From Flectonema sp. DT1601 (Eukaryota): a stretch of 64,000 bases of DNA. Shown piece after piece: positions 23,237-34,644 of this stretch. The DNA is taken from assembly GCA_964019425.1 (NCBI GenBank), contig OZ025802.1, positions 62,001 through 126,000 of the forward strand, read 5' to 3'. How positions within the stretch are numbered: position 1 is the stretch's first letter; each line of letters starts with the position of its first letter. Below the pieces are notes generated by a model. That model was not told the DNA's origin and did not search any database. It saw nothing but the letters and a program-made list of their open reading frames with translations. The position numbers and the translations under genes are program-made.

Positions 23237-23569
23237 TTAGATGGAGCTTCCCAACTTCTTCATCACCTTACCCAACTTCATTGCGACGTCAGTGTCTCCG
23301 TCGAGCTCAATCTTTCCCTCCATGAACAGACCCATAGGATCGGCCTTTCCTCCGGCCAACTCAACGAAAACAGCCTCGTCCATCTTGAATGAAGCGGCGG
23401 CGTCCTCACACTTTCCCTTGTAGGCCTTGCATGCCTTCAAGTCAATCACGTATGAAACACCAGTGTCTGGGAATTCGTAGGTGATGATCTCGTTAACCAT
23501 CTTGGCGGCCTCCTTACCAACTGAGGTGTTGAGGGCTGCGGACATCTTCTGGAAGATTGCGTCGGCCAT
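23237..23569 (-). CDS. SCP2, array 1 copy 8
   Basis: Identical 110-aa protein. Confidence 0.9.
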   Translation of the reverse strand: MADAIFQKMSAALNTSVGKEAAKMVNEIITYEFPDTGVSYVIDLKACKAYKGKCEDAAASFKMDEAVFVELAGGKADPMGLFMEGKIELDGDTDVAMKLGKVMKKLGSSI

Positions 23570-23973
23570 TTTAGACTAAAGTGGTGGATGAAGATAAGAA
23601 GCTTTTGAGGGAAGAAAGATAAGTCTGACTACCAACACGGAAACCAATCGACTCAATACAAACACATCACTTGTGGTTAGAGTGATGTCTACCAGCTACT
23701 GGTATTGGATTGCTAAAGGGAGGAGATCACACAAAGAGACTCATCAAATGTGAAAAGGTCGTCGCATTTTATTTTGCAGGGATGAAGACATTCATTGCGT
23801 CACTCAGATGACACTGCGACTGACTTAATAATATCAGAAAGTGTTCTTTACTACGAGAGGTGGTGTACCTACTCGATTCAGACTCCAGCACTTGAAGTCC
23901 TCAACTTCGAATCTCAAAATATAATTCAATTCCTCATTGCCTTATTTCAGTGATGCGCAACTTAAAGTTTTAT

Positions 23974-24306
23974 TTAGATGGAGCTTCCTAACTTCTTCAT
24001 CACCTTACCCAACTTCATTGCGACGTCAGTGTCTCCGTCGAGCTCAATCTTTCCCTCCATGAACAGACCCATAGGATCGGCCTTTCCTCCGGCTAACTCA
24101 ACGAAAACAGCCTCGTCCATCTTGAATGAAGCGGCAGCATCCTCACACTTTCCCTTGTAGGCCTTGCATGCCTTCAAGTCAATCACGTATGAAACACCAG
24201 TGTCTGGGAACTCGTAGGTGATGATCTCGTTAACCATCTTGGCGGCCTCCTTACCAACTGAGGTGTTGAGGGCTGCGGACATCTTCTGGAAGATTGCGTC
24301 GGCCAT
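23974..24306 (-). CDS. SCP2, array 1 copy 9
   Basis: Identical 110-aa protein. Confidence 0.9.
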   Translation of the reverse strand: MADAIFQKMSAALNTSVGKEAAKMVNEIITYEFPDTGVSYVIDLKACKAYKGKCEDAAASFKMDEAVFVELAGGKADPMGLFMEGKIELDGDTDVAMKLGKVMKKLGSSI

Positions 24307-24459
24307 TTTAGATTAAAGTGGTGAGTGAGCTGATAAATGCTGAGAGAAAATGAGGTCAAGAGAACGGGTACAGAAATATTACTTCTTCTGCGTACGAGGT
24401 AAAAGGTGTAGAAATAGCAAGAACAAAACAAAATAAGAAAGTGTAAACGACAACAGTGT

Positions 24460-25974
24460 TTAAGTGTTCCATCCCTCAACTACTTCTGTGAGATAATTTC
24501 GACTCTCAATGAGAATCTGATTGTAAGAGGAGTCACCAGCAACACTTCTTTGATACGCAGGAAGATCAAAATTAGTTCCAACATCAGTCGTTAGATTATA
24601 TAGTTCCTCCCCTCCGATCTCAGATAGATTTGGTCTAAGTGTTGTAGTATTCCAAGAAAACCAAGCAGTGTATCGATAATTAGAAGTACGCATTGTGTAT
24701 CCCATGAAAGACATGTTTGTTTGTGGAGTAGTGACGCAGGCATTAGCGTTGCACATTTTCCAACCAGACTTCGTGATATTACAATCACATCTTGCGATCT
24801 GACTGTAAGCTCTCTTTTCACTCAGAGCCGAAGGATCATCGAAGACAGGAGCTAGTGACGTACCCTGAACTGAGTTTTGAACTTCTTCAAATCCACACAA
24901 CTCAACCAACGTTTTATATAAATCAATCAACTCCGCCAACACAAATGACTTCCCAGTTCGCTTCCATGGTACTTTTATTATCAACGGTACGTGTGTTCCC
25001 AGTTCTGTGTCAACCTTCTTTGACCATTCATTCTGCTCACCAAGATGATATCCATGGTCGCTATGAAATACAACAATCGTATTGTTTGCGACAGAACTTT
25101 TGTTCAACATTGATAAAGCTTGACCCATAATGTGATCACTGTAAGTGACGCTAGCGTAGTACCAAGATCGGTAAGTAGTACTTCTGTTTGTTGGAACAAT
25201 ACAGGAACCGCATCCCTTATCGGGATCTAATATGTCTCCATTCATCCAACTGTTAGAGACGAATGGAACATTGACTGGTGGTGCAGTATTTACAGGAGGG
25301 TTTACTGTGTGGTAGGGATACAGTTCTGATCCCCAAAATCCTTTCGGTACTCGATATGGAACATGTGGTCTGTGCAGACCAATAGAAACCCAAAACGGAG
25401 TGTTCGTTTCAACCGAACTATTTATCGCCATTCTAAGTCGAAATAATCCTTCGTGAAGAGCCAAGTCTTCATCGGTAAGTTTATTAGTACTGTTTTCAGT
25501 AATACCGCAATAGTTACTATTCAAATCAATAAAGTCTCCATCAGAACAGTAAAACCATTTTGTTTGGTTTGACGGATACGACCAAGAAATCGGGTCATCC
25601 ATTCCATCGTGGAATACCTTCCCCGCACTACTTGTGAAGTATCCTTTATTCTTGAAATACTGAGGCATAGTAATCCAGCTCTCACCTCCGGGAGCTTGTC
25701 TGAATGTCGTTAAAAAGTTTAAAGCCCTCGTTCTGTCTGGTCTTCTACCTGACATGAATGAGTTCCTTGAAGGAGCACAATATGAGAACTGGGTGTATGT
25801 TTTCATAAATTGTATTCCTTCTGATGCAAGTTGATCCAAGTTGGGGGTTTTCATGAAAGTTTGATCGTAGCAACCCAACTGTGGACGCATATCGTCAATT
25901 ACTAAGTATAAAATATTCGGAGACTTCCTACTCAACGACATCACCAACGTTGTTGTCAGTAGTGTCAGCATCAT
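24460..25974 (-). CDS. Formylglycine-dependent sulfatase (iduronate-2-sulfatase-like), with signal peptide
   Basis: PNILYLVIDDMR, CAPSR signature followed by SFMSGRRPD, GKVFH, HRPHVP, SDHGYHLGE. Confidence 0.92.
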   Translation of the reverse strand: MMLTLLTTTLVMSLSRKSPNILYLVIDDMRPQLGCYDQTFMKTPNLDQLASEGIQFMKTYTQFSYCAPSRNSFMSGRRPDRTRALNFLTTFRQAPGGESWITMPQYFKNKGYFTSSAGKVFHDGMDDPISWSYPSNQTKWFYCSDGDFIDLNSNYCGITENSTNKLTDEDLALHEGLFRLRMAINSSVETNTPFWVSIGLHRPHVPYRVPKGFWGSELYPYHTVNPPVNTAPPVNVPFVSNSWMNGDILDPDKGCGSCIVPTNRSTTYRSWYYASVTYSDHIMGQALSMLNKSSVANNTIVVFHSDHGYHLGEQNEWSKKVDTELGTHVPLIIKVPWKRTGKSFVLAELIDLYKTLVELCGFEEVQNSVQGTSLAPVFDDPSALSEKRAYSQIARCDCNITKSGWKMCNANACVTTPQTNMSFMGYTMRTSNYRYTAWFSWNTTTLRPNLSEIGGEELYNLTTDVGTNFDLPAYQRSVAGDSSYNQILIESRNYLTEVVEGWNT

Positions 25975-26027
25975 TATTATTGTGAACCTGATTTTATGAA
26001 AAATGAATTATTTCTTACATTCCAAAC

Positions 26028-26063
<36 letters not shown>

Positions 26064-26744
26064 TCATTTTTAGCAAACCAAACAAAAACTAAATACCCCC
26101 AGTCGGGTGAAGACATTCTAAGTTAGGATTTTGCTCCCCCCCAATCACCGAGTTTTAAAACACTTTTGAAAGAAACAGAACAAGGAATCTGTTTCTATAA
26201 AGGTGAGACCATGAAACAACAACATTAAGCAGCCTTCTCAATACGTAGACTACGATAAGGACAAGAAGCATTTTTTTCAAATCGACTTTCGGATGGAAAA
26301 ATTTCAGCTCAAAAAAAGTGAGCAAAAAGGTATTCCAACCATTCTTACAACATGAATGTGTTGAAAACATCATCTCTCTATTTTCATAAGTTTGCTGTGC
26401 TAAAAGTATATTTCTGTACCAAGTTAGTGGCATTGCTAAGTAATCCGAGTAGGTAGTTTGAGATAGTCCCTCAAGCCTCACGACAATTGGCTTTTTTTTT
26501 TTTTTTTTTTTTTTTTGCAAAAATAAAATGAAAATAATACTTTTCTTGCAAAAGGCTAGGGGAGGAAGAACCATAAAAAACAGAATAAGAAACAATCACA
26601 AGCGAAGTGTTCCGTTTTGACTTCCACCGCCACGGAGCCTGGTCAGCATGACCATCGGCATTCTCAAGCAATGTGTTTGTTTCGTTTATTCGCTGAGAAT
26701 TAGTTACTTTAGCCAACCAGCAGTTGCTGGAGTGACGTCTTTGT

Positions 26745-27806
26745 CTATACAAAGACAGAAATAACACTTCCACGGTATCGTGTCGGTTCTAATGCCACAG
26801 CTAAACGAGTATCATTGAGAACTGTCATCGCTGTTGCTTGAGACGATAATGGGAATCTGTTAAGTGGATGGATCTCTTCTCTTCCAATAGCGCGATCCAT
26901 CCAACCCATCCAATTCTTACTAAGAGACCAAATATATAAAGCTGACGGACTAACAGTTGTAGAAGCTAATAGTTTACTTTGATTATCAACTGCCTTAATA
27001 TATTGTGGGCGACCATCATCGTGAGTTAACATTTGTGACTTACTATAGAGACCGTTACCTTTTAATTCATAAACACTACAACCATTGTACTGTCCATCTG
27101 TTACAGCTATTCGTGTTGGAGTAATCGATTGAATATTTGAGACTCCAAAGGATCCGCTGTCAATGATGGAAGATGTTTCATTAGTTCTTAAATCGAATAC
27201 GATTGGTCTACATCTGTGTAATCCAAGGGCTAGGGTGTTTTGATCTAATTTAGTTACGTGAGTCACTTCAGAACCTTCGAGTACTTTTGAGGTGCATTTA
27301 CCGTTTTCAATGTCCCAAATCCCTAAACCTGAACCTGATCCTCCACCAACAGCAAGATGAGTTCCGTTAAAAACAGGTGATGATGTTGTTATTTGTGATT
27401 CGTGAGTTCCTACATTCGTACACGTCCAGCAAGAAGGTGACCAGAGACTGATACTTTTCCCGCTGGTCATTATCATCTTCATTGGAATCACATTTAGTGT
27501 TACTTTTGACTTTGGTTCTTGTTCGAAAGCATCTTTCTTTTGATGAATTACTTGTTGGCTATCTAAACAACAAACTCTCATCGTCCTATCAGAACAAAGT
27601 GTCATTACTTTCGATGCGTCACACGATGAAGGAAGAGCTGACATTTCTTCAATCTTCGCATTGCCGTCAAGATTCATTTTAACTGATCTTGCTCGGCCTG
27701 CAAATTGAAACCGCGCCCTTGCTACCAAAGATATTAAATCATCACACACCTCACTGTGTTCAGCGAATGCCTGCAGTGACAAACAGTCTCTGCTTGACAA
27801 CGCCAT
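26745..27806 (-). CDS. WD40-like beta-propeller protein (353 aa)
   Basis: Repeats such as TLCSDRTMRVC, THESQITTSS...LAVGGGSGSGLGIWDIENGKC, PIVFDLRT. Confidence 0.75.
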   Translation of the reverse strand: MALSSRDCLSLQAFAEHSEVCDDLISLVARARFQFAGRARSVKMNLDGNAKIEEMSALPSSCDASKVMTLCSDRTMRVCCLDSQQVIHQKKDAFEQEPKSKVTLNVIPMKMIMTSGKSISLWSPSCWTCTNVGTHESQITTSSPVFNGTHLAVGGGSGSGLGIWDIENGKCTSKVLEGSEVTHVTKLDQNTLALGLHRCRPIVFDLRTNETSSIIDSGSFGVSNIQSITPTRIAVTDGQYNGCSVYELKGNGLYSKSQMLTHDDGRPQYIKAVDNQSKLLASTTVSPSALYIWSLSKNWMGWMDRAIGREEIHPLNRFPLSSQATAMTVLNDTRLAVALEPTRYRGSVISVFV

Positions 27807-28862
27807 TTGAATTTGTTTAACTGAATGACAATTATTATTATTATCTCCTTCGACCTTATTAATGATTACCTTCTTCTTCGTTAATATGTGTTGTGCCTTG
27901 AGAGGATAATAAATATTAGTTGTGAATTAAACAAAATAAACAACCCAATGCTGCATCACACTGACAACAATAAATGGTTCCCTCGGCAGCAGGCACTATG
28001 GATGTGGTTATCAAATATCTGATACAACAGTGAATCAATGATCAAATTTCATTACGAACGAGAGTGGCAGACGAACTGCCATTTCCTTGAAACCAACTTC
28101 CAACTACATCTGAAGGATGATAAGATCTCTTCAGAGCCTCAATAATGAGCAAAGTCGTCTGAACAAAAAATATTGTTGCCTTCAGCAGAGAGCCCGTGCA
28201 ACCAAAAGCCAGCGCCACAGGATAACCAACACACAGCAAGAATCAATGGATTTGGAAGGGGAGAACGCGGAACAGAAGAATAATTCAAAAATAAAAAAAA
28301 CAGTAAAAACGAAACACAGCTCCAAAATTGAAGTTTGGACCCAAGAGAAGGGTGCAACTTCGATTAGTGCCAAACATTCCGCCAGTCGGATGTTGTGAAC
28401 GTACCAGCAGACACAAACAACTAAACTCACAAAGCAACAACTTTAACTTCAAACAACTCATCGAATGAAGAACAGACTTGCTAACAAAACGAGTCCTTTC
28501 ATTTGGAGAACAACAAACAGTCAAGACCCGCAACAGATGACGAGAAACTAACATGACTGAAGTCCCTTTTTAAGTGCAGTTTATGGATCTTCCTTAATAT
28601 GGCAGAACACAACTAAACTAAACACAATTAAAGATTACACGCATTGAACTGCTAACTGACACGTGCGAGAGGTGCACTTTTAGAGACAGTTTTTCACTGC
28701 AGAGCTCGGCTATTGTGCCGAATGAAACTGAAAAAATAAAAAGAAAAGGGAAAACGTCAGGAATAGGGAAATTAAAAACCCTCAAAACCTGCTTCAGGAC
28801 TCTTGGTGCGCAGAGCAAATATATTTGTCGCTGGCAGATGTCAATATCAAAGACAGAGTGAC

Positions 28863-30913
28863 TTACAATTCGAAGCCAAGTGAACGAGCAATCGTCTCCA
28901 TGTCTTTGTCACCTCTTCCGGAAACACAAATCACAACGTGCTGATCACGTGGAAGACTTCTCGCAGTCTCAATTCCCTTCCACACTGCATGCGATGATTC
29001 GAGAGCCGGTAAGATCTGTTTTTGTTTTAATTTTTATGTTTCACTGGAATACTCTGAATGATGACAAGTTAGTTACTGTAAAGAAACATAAAACCATAAA
29101 CAAGTAATAAATAACATACTCCTTCAGTCCTTGTGAGTAACTTGAATCCATTAAGAGCATCATCATCACTACATGCGATGTATCTAGCGCGGCCAGTATC
29201 CTGAAGGAAGGAGTGCTCTGGTCCAACTGCAGGGTAGTCGAGACCAGCAGAGATCGAGTGAGTGTCCGACACCTGACCTTCTTCAGTTTGAAGAAGTTTG
29301 GTGCGGGCTCCGTGAAGCCATCCGGTAGTGCCGTGAGTGAGAGTTGCGGAGTGGAGTTCTTTTGCGTCACCTCCAGCTTCAACACCAATTAAATCAACTC
29401 CGTCATCACATACGAAGGCATCAAATGCACCGATGCAATTACTACCTCCTCCGACACATGCAACAACAGCATTAGGAAGAGCACCATCGTGACCAGCCAT
29501 GAATTGTTCTCTAGCCTCTCGTGAGATAACACTTTGGAAGTCTCTTACAAGTGTTGGGAATGGATGCGGACCAACAACACTTCCAATCAGATAATGGGAA
29601 TCAGAATTAGCTGCCCAGTCTCTAAGAGCTTCATTAACAGCGGCATTAAGTGTACGACCACCTGAAGTAGCTGGAACTACTTTAGTACCCATTGATTCCA
29701 TTCTAAGAACGTTGAGTCTCTGTCTTTGAGTATCCTTCTCTCCCATGTAAACAGTTCCATCCATTCCGAAAAGTGCACACACGGTAGCTGTAGCAACACC
29801 GTGCTGACCAGCTCCTGTCTCAGCGATGATTCGTTTCTTCCCGAGTTCCTTGGCTACGAGAGCCTGTCCGATTCCGTTGTTAATTTTATGAGCACCTCCG
29901 TGAAGTAAATCTTCTCTCTTTAACCAAATCTTTGCTCCCAAGTTGGATTTTCCATCCTTGTCAAGCTCGTTTCTGATGAACGCAGTCAGCCTTTCAGCAT
30001 CGTACAAGAATGTTGGTCTTCCAGAGTACTCCTTGTTCCACTTATCAACAGTGGCTAAGAAAGCTTCATCTGCCTGTAATTCGATGTACTTCTTCTCTAA
30101 TTCGATTAGGTTCGGCATCAGAATTTCAGGTAAAAACTGTCCACCGAATTTCCCGAAGTAGGCTGGAATGCGCTTCTTGACAGCGCGTGTCATCTTACGG
30201 ATGCGATCACCGTTCTTAATTTTATTGACTTCAACACTTGATGATAGATCAATGCAACTGATGTTTGGAATACTGATAGCTGATTCAACATTACTGTCGG
30301 TAATACCACCAGCAAGGAACACCATCAGGTTTCTGTTAACAATCGAATCCAAGTTTGGAATTGTTGACCAGTCAAATGGCTTTCCAGAACCACCCAAGAG
30401 ATCAGAGTTCTTACTATCCTTGTGATCGATACAAATACCTCTTAGGGAGCTTCCATTTTCCTTTGGGAGGGAACTTGCGAATTCTTCTGCTGAGACCTTT
30501 CCCTCAATCGAAATCGTAAAAATAATAAAAGCATCTGAAGCAGCCTCCGCCAAAGACTTCTGTACGACGTTGAATTCCTCGGTGTTGTAGCCGTAGAGTT
30601 GGACTCCGTGCATGTTTGTTTCTTTCATAACATTGCAAATGTTTGAAGCGTCGTCGACAATCGCCATTTCTCCCTTGCGCTGAAAAACTCCAACAACTGC
30701 AGGAAGGGTTTTAAAAATCTCGCACTTCGAAGTATTATTTGCTTTAGTCCTTGCTACCTCAACCATACTAGATACCTCCTTCAAGTTGTTACCCATGTAT
30801 CTATGACTCTTCTCAGCGAATACAATTCCCATAAAGTCAACTCCCTCTCTGACGCAGGAGATGACCTGGTTGCGGGTCTTCAGCCCGCAGATCTTTATCA
30901 GCTTTCCAGACAT
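28863..30913 (-). CDS. trpF-trpB: Bifunctional phosphoribosylanthranilate isomerase - tryptophan synthase beta chain (TrpF-TrpB fusion, 648 aa); exons 30913-29120 and 29015-28863
   Basis: N-terminal [29 protein letters not shown] (TrpF); then [24 protein letters not shown] (PLP lysine), [23 protein letters not shown] (TrpB); intron 29016-29119 restores [12 protein letters not shown]...SGRGDKD. Confidence 0.95.
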
Positions 30914-31238
30914 TTCTTTAGATATTGATTAAACTGTTAAATTAAATTTAGTAGCATTCTAAAGCAACATTTCCAAATACTCGACAACAACTGGTCATTC
31001 ATAACTTCGATCTGTTTGTTAAAAAGTTATGTAAAGGAAATCAAAACATTCACATCCTAATACCAACACGTGCCCGGGTGTGGAGAGCGTGATGAAAACA
31101 ACCAAATAAAATGAAACGAAAAAATGCTAAACGCTAAAAGAAAAACAAAAACACAACGAAGAGAGGAAATCAATAAAAACAGCGATGGATCTTTTGCATG
31201 GAACCCATCTGGCCGTTACGAGTAACACGAGGAGATTC

Positions 31239-31571
31239 TTAGATGGAGCTTCCCAACTTCTTCATCACCTTACCCAACTTCATTGCGACGTCAGTGTCTC
31301 CGTCGAGCTCAATCTTTCCCTCCATGAACAGACCCATAGGATCGGCCTTTCCTCCGGCCAACTCAACGAAAACAGCCTCGTCCATCTTGAATGAAGCGGC
31401 AGCGTCCTCACACTTTCCCTTGTAGGCCTTGCATGCCTTCAAGTCAATCACGTATGAAACACCAGTGTCTGGGAACTCGTAGGTGATGATCTCGTTAACC
31501 ATCTTGGCGGCCTCCTTACCAACTGAGGTGTTGAGGGCTGCGGACATCTTCTGGAAAATTGCGTCGGCCAT
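31239..31571 (-). CDS. SCP2, array 2 copy 1
   Basis: Identical 110-aa protein. Confidence 0.9.
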   Translation of the reverse strand: MADAIFQKMSAALNTSVGKEAAKMVNEIITYEFPDTGVSYVIDLKACKAYKGKCEDAAASFKMDEAVFVELAGGKADPMGLFMEGKIELDGDTDVAMKLGKVMKKLGSSI

Positions 31572-32099
31572 TTTAGATTAAAGTGGTGAGTGAGCTGATA
31601 AATGCTGAGAGAGGGAATGATAGATAAACAAGTCGGAAATACAACAACTGAAATGAAGCACTTCAATACTCACAAGAAAACACTCTAATTATGATGTGCA
31701 TCTCTACGACTCATGTCAGAACTATAGCCTCGTGTACTGATGGTTGTGAAATAATTTAATCTTGACTGGCAACAATGCACAAACAGTCTCACTTCACTCA
31801 ATAAGAAAGCTACTCAATTAGTACAAAGAGAGGTGGTGTACCTACTCCATTTACAGTGAAAGAGAACAACCGAGAGAGGGATGACTATCTTTGAATACCA
31901 AACACTGATATCAATAATAATAAATCACGTCGGCTACGATGTATACTCAACAGCGATTAAGGCAAAGCAACCTAGATAGCATATCCAGTTTATATTACTG
32001 ATTTCAATAACCTTTTCAGTAAACTGGTTAACTTCTCTGCGACTCGAAAACGATGTCGAGGAACTCAAAATGTTGTTATTTCCTCTTCAGAAGTTTTAT

Positions 32100-32432
32100 T
32101 TAGATGGAGCTTCCCAACTTCTTCATCACCTTACCCAACTTCATTGCGACGTCAGTGTCTCCGTCGAGCTCAATCTTTCCCTCCATGAACAGACCCATAG
32201 GATCGGCCTTTCCTCCGGCCAACTCAACGAAAACAGCCTCGTCCATCTTGAATGAAGCGGCGGCGTCTTCACACTTTCCCTTGTAGGCCTTGCATGCCTT
32301 CAAGTCAATCACGTATGAAACACCAGTGTCTGGGAACTCGTAGGTGATGATCTCGTTAACCATCTTGGCGGCCTCCTTACCAACTGAGGTGTTGAGGGCT
32401 GCGGACATCTTCTGGAAAATTGCGTCGGCCAT
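32100..32432 (-). CDS. SCP2, array 2 copy 2
   Basis: Identical 110-aa protein. Confidence 0.9.
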   Translation of the reverse strand: MADAIFQKMSAALNTSVGKEAAKMVNEIITYEFPDTGVSYVIDLKACKAYKGKCEDAAASFKMDEAVFVELAGGKADPMGLFMEGKIELDGDTDVAMKLGKVMKKLGSSI

Positions 32433-32839
32433 TTTAGATTAAAGTGGTGAGTGAAGATAAGAAGCTGTTGAGGGAAGAAAGTGAGAAGTCTGACTACCAA
32501 CACGAAAACCAATCGACTCAATACAAACACATCACTTGTGGTTAGAGTGATGTCTACCAGCTACTGGTATTGGATTGTTAAAGGGAGGAGATCACACAAA
32601 GAGACTCATCAAATGTGAAAAAGTCGTCACATTTTATTTTGCAGGGATGAAGACATTCATTGCGTCACTCAGATGACACTGCGACTGACTTAATAATATC
32701 AGAAAGTGTTCTTTACTACGAGAGGTGGTGTACCTACTCGATTCAGACTCCAGCACTTGAAGTCCTCAACTTCGAATCTCAAAATATAATTCAATTCCTC
32801 ATTGCCTTATTTCAGTGATGCGCAACTTAAAATATTTGA

Positions 32840-33172
32840 TTAGATGGAGCTTCCCAACTTCTTCATCACCTTACCCAACTTCATTGCGACGTCAGTGTCT
32901 CCGTCGAGCTCAATCTTTCCCTCCATGAACAGACCCATAGGATCGGCCTTTCCTCCGGCCAACTCAACGAAAACAGCCTCGTCCATCTTGAATGAAGCGG
33001 CAGCGTCCTCACACTTTCCCTTGTAGGCCTTGCATGCCTTCAAGTCAATCACGTATGAAACACCAGTGTCTGGGAATTCGTAGGTGATGATCTCGTTAAC
33101 CATCTTGGCGGCCTCCTTACCAACTGAGGTGTTGAGGGCTGCGGACATCTTCTGGAAAATTGCGTCGGCCAT
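32840..33172 (-). CDS. SCP2, array 2 copy 3
   Basis: Identical 110-aa protein. Confidence 0.9.
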   Translation of the reverse strand: MADAIFQKMSAALNTSVGKEAAKMVNEIITYEFPDTGVSYVIDLKACKAYKGKCEDAAASFKMDEAVFVELAGGKADPMGLFMEGKIELDGDTDVAMKLGKVMKKLGSSI

Positions 33173-33578
33173 TTTAGATTCAAGTGGTGAGTGAAGATAA
33201 GAAGCTGTTGAGGGGAGAAAGTGAGTAGTCTGACTACCAACACGGAAACCAATCGACTCAATACAAACACATCACTTGTGGTTAGAGTGATGTCTACCAG
33301 CTACTGGTATTGGATTGCTAAAGGGAGGAGATCACACAAAGAGACTCATCAAATGTGAAAAGGTCGTCGCATTTTATTTTGCAGGGATGAAGACATTCAT
33401 TGCGTCACTCAGATGACACTGCGACTGACTTAATAATATCAGAAAGTGTTCTTTACTACGAGAGGTGGTGTACCTACTCGATTCAGACTCCAGCACTTGA
33501 AGTCCTCAACTTCGAATCTCAAAATATAATTCAATTCCTCATTGCCTTATTTCAGTGATGCGCAACTTAAAGATTTGA

Positions 33579-33911
33579 TTAGATGGAGCTTCCCAACTTC
33601 TTCATCACCTTACCCAACTTCATTGCGACGTCAGTGTCTCCGTCGAGCTCAATCTTTCCCTCCATGAACAGACCCATAGGATCGGCCTTTCCTCCGGCCA
33701 ACTCAACGAAAACAGCCTCGTCCATCTTGAATGAAGCGGCAGCGTCCTCACACTTTCCCTTGTAGGCCTTGCATGCCTTCAAGTCAATCACGTATGAAAC
33801 ACCAGTGTCTGGGAACTCGTAGGTGATGATCTCGTTAACCATCTTGGCAGCCTCCTTACCAACTGAGGTGTTGAGGGCTGCGGACATCTTCTGGAAAATT
33901 GCGTCGGCCAT
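33579..33911 (-). CDS. SCP2, array 2 copy 4
   Basis: Identical 110-aa protein. Confidence 0.9.
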   Translation of the reverse strand: MADAIFQKMSAALNTSVGKEAAKMVNEIITYEFPDTGVSYVIDLKACKAYKGKCEDAAASFKMDEAVFVELAGGKADPMGLFMEGKIELDGDTDVAMKLGKVMKKLGSSI

Positions 33912-34311
33912 TTTAGATTAAAGTGGTGGGTTGATAAGAAGCTGTTGAGGGGAGAAAGTGAGAAGTCTGATTACCAACACGAAAACCAATCGACTCAATA
34001 CAAACACATCACTTGTGGTTAGAGTGATGTCTACCAGCTACTGGTATTGGATTGTTAAAGGGAGGAGATCACACAAAGAGACTCATCAAATGTGAAAAGG
34101 TCGTCACATTTTATTTTGCAGGGATGAAGACATTCATTGCGTCACTCAGATGACACTGCGACTGACTTCTTTCTGACTTACTCTTTACTACGAGAGGTGG
34201 TGTACCTACTCGATTCAGACTCCAGCACTTGAAGTCCTCAACTTCGAATCTCAAAATATAATTCAATTCCTCATTGCCTTATTTCAGTGATGCGCAACTT
34301 AAAATATTTGA

Positions 34312-34644
34312 TTAGATGGAGCTTCCCAACTTCTTCATCACCTTACCCAACTTCATTGCGACGTCAGTGTCTCCGTCGAGCTCAATCTTTCCCTCCATGA
34401 ACAGACCCATAGGATCGGCCTTTCCTCCGGCCAACTCAACGAAAACAGCCTCGTCCATCTTGAATGAAGCGGCAGCGTCCTCACACTTTCCCTTGTAGGC
34501 CTTGCATGCCTTCAAGTCAATCACGTATGAAACACCAGTGTCTGGGAACTCGTAGGTGATGATCTCGTTAACCATCTTGGCGGCCTCCTTACCAACTGAG
34601 GTGTTGAGGGCTGCGGACATCTTCTGGAAAATTGCGTCGGCCAT
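34312..34644 (-). CDS. SCP2, array 2 copy 5
   Basis: Identical 110-aa protein. Confidence 0.9.
   Translation of the reverse strand: MADAIFQKMSAALNTSVGKEAAKMVNEIITYEFPDTGVSYVIDLKACKAYKGKCEDAAASFKMDEAVFVELAGGKADPMGLFMEGKIELDGDTDVAMKLGKVMKKLGSSI

Noticed and set aside
27807..28862. Overlapping short ORFs on both strands between the WD40 gene and trpF-trpB
   Set aside because: No motif or consistent frame; looks like a long U-rich 3'UTR or intergenic region
28863..29119. Stop-codon reassignment or frameshifting to explain truncated TrpB, Sec31, NXT1 and TFIIIC-like ORFs
   Set aside because: Canonical GT-AG introns restore each reading frame with the standard code
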